In this document: positions 54,334 to 64,000 of the stretch, one piece after another
Layout of the letters: every line of letters begins with the position of its first letter
How positions within the stretch are numbered: the first letter of the stretch is position 1
DNA from: Eledone cirrhosa
Lineage: Eukaryota
Assembly (NCBI GenBank): GCA_964016885.1
Contig: OZ024740.1
Location: forward strand, 98,084,001 to 98,148,000
Direction: 5' to 3'
Length of the DNA stretch: 64,000 nt
The notes under the pieces: model-generated
The model's input: the letters and a program-made list of their open reading frames with translations, nothing else
Database searches by the model: none
What the model was told of the DNA's origin: nothing
Made by a program: the position numbers and the translations under genes

Positions 54334-55319
54334 TTTTTGTTGTTTTTTTAAAATTGTTATTATCATGAGTGGTTCCTTAATGTGAGCATTGCGTGGTTTA
54401 AGAATGAAATTATTAATAATTGTCTCCACTCCAGGCACAAGGCCAGCAATCAGCCAGTGCATTACAATAATATAATATACTTTTTGCTGAAGTTGCCTGT
54501 TATTGTTGTTGGCTATGTTGGTGGTGGTGATGGGGCTTTTTATATTGTTGGTGAGGAAGGGGTGAGCCAGCAGTGGCATTGTTGTTGATGTTGACGTTTG
54601 GCAGGTGGCCAGGTCACTAAGTCAATCTATTTATATCTTTTGCTAGCCTCTCCCTTGTCTAGTGATACCGCCACCTTCCCCTTTCTCTCTCAAGTTAACA
54701 GGGGAATAGTGGTGGTAGCAATGAAGGAGTGGTGGCGGCGGTGATGGGATAGTGGTAGCAATGATGGATGGAGTGGTGGCGGCGGTGGCGTTGTCGTTAC
54801 TGAGTTTTGTGATATGTAGTATCTATGAGTTTGTCGCGCATGTTTAATATATATTGTGTTGACATATTCCCGAAAAATTGGAATTAAACATTTTGTTAAA
54901 ACTTGAGACAATAATAATAGTAATTATTATTATGATGCTGGGATTGGTGGTGGTGGTGGTGAAATTGCCGTTATCTGGCTGTTATATTTAGTGTGATGGG
55001 GTAGGTGGTGTATCAGGTTTCTGGTGTTGGTGAAATTGCTGTTATTTGGCTGTTCTATATAGTGTAGAGAGAGGGTGTTTTCTTCCATTTATAACCATTT
55101 TCTTTTTTGAATACAACATATATAATACAAAATTGAATATTTGAGTGATATAACAATATAATATGGATCCGAAATTTTATGGGACTTGATTCGGTGGTTT
55201 ATGCAACATTTGTACTAAGAATTGTTATTTCACAATTGATTTAAATATGTTAAAAATCAAAAACTTACGGGAGCGATTTCATGACCTTCTACCACCTCGT
55301 GCGTCTTCTTCCCTGGTCC

Positions 55320-55381
<62 letters not shown>

Positions 55382-55402
55382 ATTATTATTATTATTATTA
55401 TT
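55320..55402. repeat. (TTA)n microsatellite
   Basis: Direct reading. Confidence 0.95.
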
Positions 55403-58400
55403 GGCGACCTACGTAGGAAATCGTATCATCGTGAGCTCCGCAAAGGTTTGTTATTTTCAGTTGTTTAAAATTGCCATTTATGGAAATTTTTTATTGTTAA
55501 CTGTATATAAGTGCACATACATTGATTTCTGAAAAGGACACTCAAAAATATTGGGGCCTTGAGCCCAATTTTTTTAACTTTTTATAATTATCAAACAAAA
55601 ATGTTTCTATGAAAAATCAGAGTCACTCCTTCCTCACACTCTAACACCTCACACCGACACCACCATTGTAAATATCGCTACGTTTGCCAACACTGGAAAT
55701 GTAAGCAGTACCAATATTTTAAATTTGTCTCAGGCAGACGTTCATTTCCCGCCGTTACCAATGACCGCAGGTGTTAACTCGCCACCAGCACCACCACAAC
55801 CACGACAACCCCCCCCCCCCCCCACACACACACCACCACCACCACCACCACAGCGACAACAGAAACAAAAGAAAAAAATTAATTAACTCGTGATATCGAA
55901 ATGAATTCAACCAAAATGAACTCTTCCACACCGAACACCACTGACGCCACCACCACCACAACTGAGACTAAAATTAACAATAGAAAAAATAACGATAACA
56001 ACAACTGCAACAATGAAATTTAGAAAACTACCCTGAGTTTTGCCAGAGTAGCAAACACGTGCGAAGCGATCCAGGTAACTCAGGAGGAATTAGAAGAAGT
56101 CAAAGGAATGGTAAAGAAAGATGGGTACAGGGTCAGCACCCCCCCACACACACACACACCTAATAAAATGGAACAACGCCGCCTATGCACCGTGTCTTAT
56201 CGGACAATCAACATAAAATCGCGCCGAGTGGAACGGGCATCCGAGTCCCAAATCCAAAAAGGTTTGGGACATGTGTGGGCAAAAAAGCCCCACATCAGAC
56301 GTGGGCAGAAGTATGGAACCGTGGACGTGTTCTTTGAAACACAACAGGAGGCCAGAGAACCCTCCACGGCCCCATTAAGAAGTGACGACTTCACACTCGT
56401 CCCAATCTATTGTGGCCAGAGACTTGTGAAGATTAGGGTGACCCACCTTCCACCGGCCATAGAAATTCCCTGGCTAATGGCTGCCGACCTCGCCGGCATC
56501 GAGGCTTACACCAAAATAATAGAGACCGGATTAGCGAACTAGTTAAGGGGGCGGGGCGTTGACGGTGGCCATCGTCAACAACAAGTGGTGGTTTGCTCTG
56601 AAAAGAGCGATTAGAATAGAATCCATTAGGTTTAGTAAGGCTTTAGCAATAGAGAAAAATAAAGCAGAGGGAGAACTAGTTAGAAAATTAGACGGTGGTC
56701 TGGTGGGAGAGGCGCAGACATGCGCCATTCCCGACAGATCCATCCACGACAACCTCCACCTCATGCGATACATCGTAGAGAGGGTAGCTAGGGAACCTAG
56801 GACGGGTGGGTCCTTGATCAATTTAGATCAGTCGAAAGCTTTCGATAGGGTCGACCATCGTTACCTAGCGGCAGTCCTGAGGGCGGCTGGCTTTGGGTCC
56901 GTCTTCAGAGGCTGGATCGCTGCCATGCACAGCGACATCTGCTCTGTGGTGAGAGTGAACGGTCACCTTTCGGAACCGTTCAAAACATGCGCTCAGTCCG
57001 CCAAGGATGTCCCCTCTCGTCCCTCTTGTACGTATTGACTCTCGAGCCATTACTGCACAAACTGGAGACGTTGAGGGGCGTCCCGCGCGAACTAGGATGC
57101 GAAAGATCCGTGTCAGCATATGCGGACGATGTCACTGTAGTGGTGTCGAAAGCCTAACACATCGAGGCGATCGGCACTACACTAAGAGAATACGAAGCGG
57201 TGACAGGAGCAATGATCAACCAGGAACAGTCAGTGGGCCTGCAGCTCGGCACCTGGAGAGGCAGGTCCATGCCGTCCAACAGCGTCGTCGGACGCTGGAC
57301 GGGCGGACCGGTTAAATTGCTAGGGGTCTGGTTCGGTCCGGACCTCCAGACGGACAAAAACTGGGACGAGGTGACGAGCAGGGTGGCTTCTCTCACCCAG
57401 AAATGGGCGCAGAGGAAGCTATCCCTGAAAGGTCGAGCGGAGGTGGCTAACGCGTACATCGCGTCTGTCATCTGCTACCCCCTGACCGTCGTACCTTGTC
57501 CTAAGCCCCGCCTGACTGCGCTGGAGCGTTTGCTGTTTCGCTTTTTGTGGTCAGGCGGTCCATCTGCTGTCAACACCCGCTACGTGGAGGGCTGGGAATG
57601 CCGTGGCTGATGATGCGCAGACACGCGCTCAGGCTACGACATCTCCACCTCTTCCTCGACGGTGATCAGGTGTGGTCGCCGTTTGCTAGACACGTATTTC
57701 CCCAGCTCGTTTCCTTGACGGAGCTGCAGTCCTGGGTCAAGCAAAAACCTTGAGGGAGCGCTTGGAGACTGGAATGTCTTCAGGCGCTCACAGCCCTCGA
57801 CCAATCGGGCAATGTGATCGGTGGAAACTCCACCTCGGTGTTCTATAGAGGATTAGTGGAGGGGAAGAGCGACGACGTACTTGGGGAAACTCTAGGCGTC
57901 GACGAAAATCAACTAGCCAATCTCTTCGGAAGGACTTTCGGGCCGGGACCTATGGACAACTTCCAGAAATCTCTGGCCTGGCAGTGCTACCGAGGAGCCT
58001 TGCCAGTTCGGGATAAACTCTACAGGCATGGAGGCGCCGTCAGCCGGGTATGGCCGAGATACGCGCAGGGCGACGAAACCGTCCTGCACGCACTCGTCCA
58101 GTGTCCGAAAATTGCTGACTTATGGGTTTATGTCGAACACCTGCTGTTGCGTGTAGGACGGATCCGGCTATCATCTGAGTCCATCGTGAGGATTGCCCCG
58201 CCCTCTTCTTTAGCCGGGAAGGGCAGGCAGTTTTTATCTGTCTGGTGGCCATGGCGAAAGACATAGTATGGTGGACACGTTTGAAAGGGCTGAAGACGAG
58301 CACTTACCTCTTCGGTGATGCCCTGATTGACTTTTTCAAATTTCATTTGAAAAGGAAAATCAGAGTAGAGAGGGAAGTGCTCTCTTCCCAGCATTTTGTT

Positions 58401-58716
58401 GAAAGATGGGTGAGAGAAGCAAGAATGGCCCGAGTGGATGGGCCTACTCTGAGTACGTATCTGTAAATTAAAGGTAGAAAACTGGGAGAGGTCACTTGCC
58501 TTGGTGGTCAGGGTCATTGTGGCTTTTTACAGGGCTTTCTCCACAAATGTCCCTCGGAAGTCTCCCCCCTTTTGGGGAATTTTTCATTGTTATTTTTTTG
58601 GTTACATCCTCTGTTTTTGTTTTTTACACGCAGAAATGCCCATTTGTACCGTCCTGTATTGTCCTGCACTGTCCTTAATGTCTACTTTATGTAAACCCTT
58701 GTGGTTAATAAAGAAA

Positions 58717-58718
<2 letters not shown>
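55403..58718 (+). mobile_element. Tx1/L1-like LINE, internally deleted or chimeric copy; 5' boundary uncertain
   Basis: ORF1-like 56108..56542; RT pieces LDQSKAFDRVDH, QGCPLS, AYADD; KLLGVWF; GGLGMP; C-terminal ETVLHALVQC; ends aataaagaaatca(tta)n. Confidence 0.88.
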
Positions 58719-58775
<57 letters not shown>

Positions 58776-58776
58776 G

Positions 58777-61700
58777 AATGCCATGGTTGACGGAGGATCG
58801 GCTCTGTAAAGTATAGTAAATTTTAACCGCTATAACAATTGTAAATTGTTTAAAACATTAACCAAATTGTAGTCAAAAACACCCTCCTCCTCGTGAGAGG
58901 GGTCTTTCTGCCCGTTATTTGGCCCTTCGGGGTTAAATAACCACTTATTGGGGTGTTGTGCCCAATATTTATTTTAAACCAAAAAAAGCATGGCTATAAA
59001 AAAGAATTTTCACAAGTCACACCCACACATTCCGTGTTCTTCTTCCTCAATCGTCACTACACCAGAGAGAAGACTGTCTCTCTCCCTCCCTTCTCTAAAT
59101 GTGTCTCCCTCCCTCCCTTCTCTTTCGCAAGCGACGCCAGTAATGAAAAATAGTTTCCAAAATCACGTGCAAAACGTGGAACATTTCTCCACGACGACGA
59201 AAACGACGAAAAAGGATTGCGGTAAATACGAAAACGCATTTCATTCGTCTGATGTCATGAATAATAGCAGTAGCAGCCGTAATAACAACAGCAGCAGCGG
59301 CAACAGTGACAAGGAAAACAACAGTAGCAGCGGCAACAGCATCAGCAGCAGCATAAACAACAATAGCATTAGCAGCAACAGCAACAACAACAACAACAGC
59401 AGCAGCAGCGGCAACAACAACAACAACCACAGCAACAGCGGCGGCGGCAGTCGTAGTACCAGCAGCAACAACAAAAGTAACAGCAGCTCTGACGACGACA
59501 ACAACAACAACAACAAAGAGAAACTAACTCGTTTGCAGGTATCGCAAAGAACCTGGAAAGCATCCTTATAACAAATGAGGAATTACAGGAAGCAAAGAAG
59601 ATGGTGAAGAAAACTGGACACCGAGCAATCTGCAAGGCAGCCGAAACATTTTTCGAAACCCAACAGCACTGTACGGTCACGTACAGTACAGTAAGCACAA
59701 AATCCCGTAAGGTTGAAAGGGCCACAGAGGCTCAAATACAAGAAGCCTTAGGGTCTGTGTGGCAGCGGAAAACGCATATCACCCGAGGCAAGAAATATGC
59801 CACCGCCGATGTGCTTTTTGCCACACCCCAGGAGGCAAAGGCTCAATCCTTAGTGACCCTAAGGAGCGAGGAAATGGTGTTGGTGCCCTCCTACTGCGGA
59901 CAAAAAATTGTGAGGGTCAAACTGACCCACGTCCCCTCTCCGGGATGGCCCCTTCTTGGCTTCCGCGTTTGTCCTCGTCGGAATCGAGGACAAAACAACT
60001 GTACTGCAAGTACAGACAAAAGTACGAGAAGATTGGGTCGGCACCTCCATTGAGATGTTAATCCAAACCAACCACCAGGAGTACATCGAAGCTATTCCGG
60101 ATGTGATAGACTTCGATAACGGCACTCAACTGCCCATAAGTGTGGAGGGCAAACGCACGATATGCTTTCGCTGTGGATCGAAGACTCACCTCAGGGCCTT
60201 CTGCAATGAGAACACCCTGAGAAAGGAGAAAACCCCCCTCCTTCCGAAACCGGCTCCACAGCTATCAGCAACAGGACAGGCGGCAACCAGGAAGGATAGG
60301 TCCGTGGCACCCATACACACGCCACGGAAATCAAGAACAGCAGCAGTAGTGGAAGTATTAACAACAACAACAGCAATACCAACTGCAGCTGCAACAGAGA
60401 CTCCACTGCAAACATCACCAACAACAACAAGTGAAAGAGTGGAGCTGGTACCCCTCCCCGACCTCACAGAATCGGATATGGAGTGTGAGGTGGGAGAGGG
60501 ATAGCAAAAGGTCGCAAGAAGGCACAAACGCTGAAGCAGCGCATCGTCGCCTTCAAAAAGGGAGGAAAGAAACGAAAAAAGGGTAAAGGCTACTGCAAAA
60601 AGATTTACAGCAGCAACACCACTAACACCATCACCCTCAAACTAGCACCACCATCACCACCGGCGGAAACCCCACCGCCAACACAAACAACACCTTCAAC
60701 ACCACCACCACAAGCACCAACATCGCAAACACAACAAAACACACACACCCAGCAACAACGACAAGGAAATAGCAGAACCCCACCCCACCCCCAGAAAAAC
60801 AAATTCACAGCAATAAATACACATAACAAGAAATTAATGACTTACATAATTGAACACACAGACATTTCGCAGCACGACTACATAATACCAGCACCAATCA
60901 AAACACCAAAGAACATAAGACTGGTCAAAATAGCACAGAAACAATACACAAACATTAAAACGAAATTCCCCAATGCAGTTGGTGATTTCAGAGACCTAGG
61001 AGGGACACTCAACCGGAGGGTATATTCAGATATATTCACAGAAGAGCAGACGACCAGCCGAAGGGGCGATTCAACGGTGCCTTCACCAGACGATCAAGTG
61101 AAAAGGGATGGTGAAACCATCCTTCCTCTGCGAGAAGAAGTAAGGTAAGTGGTCTTTCCCATCTTTTCCACTCCATTTCAACATGACCTCTCTCAGAATA
61201 GGCAGCATAAATGCGCGTGGCTTGGGGTCGTCATGGAAGCAGGGCCACCTGCTCAACGACCTCAGGTCACTAAACATAGATGTAGTGGCCATCAGCGAGA
61301 CCAGAATCTCCGAAGCACGGGCCTTCGCACCGATCTTCGGCGGCTACGATGTGTACGCATCTCCCAGCCGTCCGGGATCGGGGGTAAGAAATGATGTGCT
61401 TTTTCGGAGTGGTTTGGATGTCCCCATACGGGCCATCTTCCTGGACCCAGAAGGTAAGTTGGTGGTCATGGACGTGACCAGCGGAGAAGGGCAAGCTTTC
61501 TGCTTAGTGGCCGTCTATGCCCCGACAGGAGCAGGGCGGCCTGATTTCTTCCGGCGTCTGGAGACCTTTCTTGGAACGTCCCGCTCTTTAGTGTTAGTGG
61601 GCGACTGGAACGGCATCTTAGATACACGCTGGGACTGTGTGGGATTAGTGGATAGGGGAGGAGGGTGCAAGAGTCTCACCAACCTGCTCAGGCGTTTTGA

Positions 61701-64000
61701 ACTGTCTGACAGGTACCGATTGGATTTCCCCAATGTGCCAATGTGGACTTGGACAAATTGCATAGGGTCATCCAGATCATATCTAGATAGAGTATTTTGT
61801 AGGGAAATAGATAGGTCTAGCATAGGCTGTCCACAATTCAAGATAGTCAGCTACACGGACCACAAATTCGTGATCTGTGTGCTTGACTTAGATAGACTTC
61901 ATAGACGAGGACCCGGCTACTGGAAGCTAAACGCGTCCTTACCAGCGCGCAAGGCCTACAGAGACGGGATTAGCAAACTAGTTAAGCGGGCGTTGACGGG
62001 GGCCATCGTCAACAACAAGTGGTGGTTTGCTCTGAAAAGAGCAATTAGAATAGAGTCCATTAGGTTTGGTAAGGCTTTAGCAATAGAGAAAAATAGAGCA
62101 GAGGGAGAAAATTTTACGAGGCGCTTAGCAAAGGCATCGCGACATACGTACTTGCGGCGAATTTGGCCCTTGACCAATTCTTTAATGCAAAGCACGAAGG
62201 CTGCGTTGTCAGAGCTAGGGTGCGTGCTCTCAGACACGAGGGGACGAAAGCCGTTAAATGGGCCCGAGTGGCGGAGGCGCGTCGTGGCAACAAAGCCACG
62301 ATACGGTCTTTGGTGGACCACGACGGGCGCATGCTACTCGATCCCGGGCAAATATGTGAAGCTTTTCAGCGACATTTCGCACAGCTGTTCGGGGGCAGCG
62401 GCAGGCCGGTTCGAGGGATGGACTTTAGTGTCTACCTCGATGGACTGCCGCGGCTCTCGGCCACTGAGACGGAGTGTTGCGAAAAGCCGATAACAGCCGC
62501 TGAAGTACGGGAGGCAATGACTGGCTGCACAAGGGGTAAATCGCCTGGTTTGGATGGTCTGCCCTATGAACTTTACGTACAGATGCCAGACTTGTTCGGA
62601 GGCCTCTTGGCGGACGTCTACTGCAACTGGCAACAGAACGGGAGATTTCCCAGCTCTGTGAGCCGAGGAGATGTGGCACTGCTGAGAAAGGATCCGAACA
62701 AGGGGGATAACATAGATAATTTCAGGCCCATAACTCTGCTAAACACAGAGTTCAAGATTTTGGCCAAGATGCTAGCAAAGAGGCTGGCGCTTGTCGTTGG
62801 TGGTCTGGTGGGAGAGGCGCAAACGTGCGCCATTCCCGACAGATCCATCCACGACAACCTCCACATCATGCGATACATCGTATAGAGGGTAGTTAGGGAA
62901 CCTGGCACGGGTGGCTCCTTGATCAATTTAGATCAGTCGAAAGCTTTCGATAGGGTCGACCATCGTTACCTAGCGGCAGTCTTGAGGGCGGCTGGCTTTG
63001 GGTCCGTCTTCAGAGGCCGGATCGCTGCCATGCACAGCGACATCTGCTCTGTGGTGAGAGTGAACGGTCACCTTTTGGAACCGTTCAACATCATGCGCTC
63101 GGTCTGCCAAGGATGTCCCCTCTCGTCCCTCTTGTACCTATTGACTCTCGAGCCATTACTGAACAAACTGGAGTCGTTGAGGGGGGTCGAACGCCTAACA
63201 CATCGAGGCGATCGGCACTACACTAAGAGAATACGAAGCGGTGACAGGAGCAATGATCTACCAGGAAAAGTCAGTGGGCCTGCAGCTCGGCACCTGGAGA
63301 GGCAGGTCCATGCCGTCCAACAGCGTCGTCGGGCGCTGGACGGACGGACCGGTTAAATTGCTAGGTGTCTGGTTCGGTCCGGACCTCCAGACGGACAAAA
63401 ACTGGGACGAGGTGACGAGCAGGGTGGCTTCTCTCACGCACAAATGGGCCGAGAGGAAGCTATCCCTGAAAGGTCGAGCGGAGGTGGCTAACGCGTACAT
63501 CGCGTCCGTCATCTACTACCGCCTGACCGTCGTACCTTGTCCTAAGCCCCGCCTGACTGCGCTGGAGCGTTTGCTCTTTCGCTTTTTGTGGAAGGGACGC
63601 GCTCCGATAGTCAGGCGGTCCATCTGCTGTCAACACCCGCTACGTGGAGGGCTGGGAATGCCGTGGCTGATGATGCGCAGACACGCGCTCAGGCTACTAC
63701 ATCTCCACCTCTTCCTAGACGGTGATCAGGTGTGGTCGCCATTTGCTAGAAACGTATTTCCCCAGCTCGTCTCCTTGAAGGAGCAGCAGTCCTGGGTCAA
63801 GCGAAAACCGAGAGGGAGCGCTTGGAGACTGGAATGTCTTCAGGCGCTCACAGCCCTCGACCAATCGGGCAATGTGATCGGTGAAAACTCCACCTTGGCG
63901 TTCTATAGATGATTAGTGGAGGGGAAGTACGACGACGTACTTGGAGAAACTCTACGCGTCGACGAAAATCAACTAGCCAATCTCTTCGGAAGGACTTTCG
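58777..64000 (+). mobile_element. Tx1/L1-like LINE, disrupted, running off the window end; 5' boundary uncertain
   Basis: ORF1 with zinc knuckle CFRCGSKTHLRAFC. ORF2 has APE motifs (SINARGL, AISET, VYAP, GDWN, YLDR, TDHK, GYWKLN) and RT motifs (KSPGLDGLP, NFRPITLLN, LDQSKAFDRV, QGCPLS). Frameshifts present. Confidence 0.92.
61183..64000 (+). pseudogene. Tx1-like ORF2 (APE-RT), frameshifted
   Basis: ORF pieces 61183..62493, 62163..62885, 62919..63356 and 63241..63912; a deletion near 63185 removes the YADD region that is present in the upstream copy. Confidence 0.85.

Overview
Eukaryotic, AT-rich, microsatellite-dense DNA with no confidently identifiable host gene. The repeat repertoire looks like a coleoid cephalopod (octopus-like) genome; this is inference only. 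The window is a graveyard and nest of retroelements. (i) RTE-clade LINEs: one nearly complete copy with an uninterrupted 991-aa APE-RT ORF that carries an internal C4HC3 PHD-like finger, plus truncated copies. (ii) At least three families of Penelope-like elements (GIY-YIG, Naiad-like motifs). These and several short asymmetric palindromes sit in (TA)n and carry type I hammerhead ribozyme (HHR) motifs; about 10 complete or near-complete motifs from 5 sequence families can be read by eye, plus half-motifs. (iii) R4/Dong-like restriction-endonuclease LINEs and Tx1/L1-like LINEs in (TTA)n. (iv) Two tRNA-derived SINE families. (v) A decayed mariner and a TIR-only derivative. (vi) A tRNA-Glu copy fused to an RTE 3' tail. 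Most notable: the recurrent hammerhead-bearing inverted (palindromic) insertions, a hammerhead family with a fixed CAGAAGA core variant, a SINE whose 3' terminus matches a Tx1-like LINE, and a Tx1 pair with divergent ORF1 on near-identical ORF2. Element boundaries were read by eye and are approximate.
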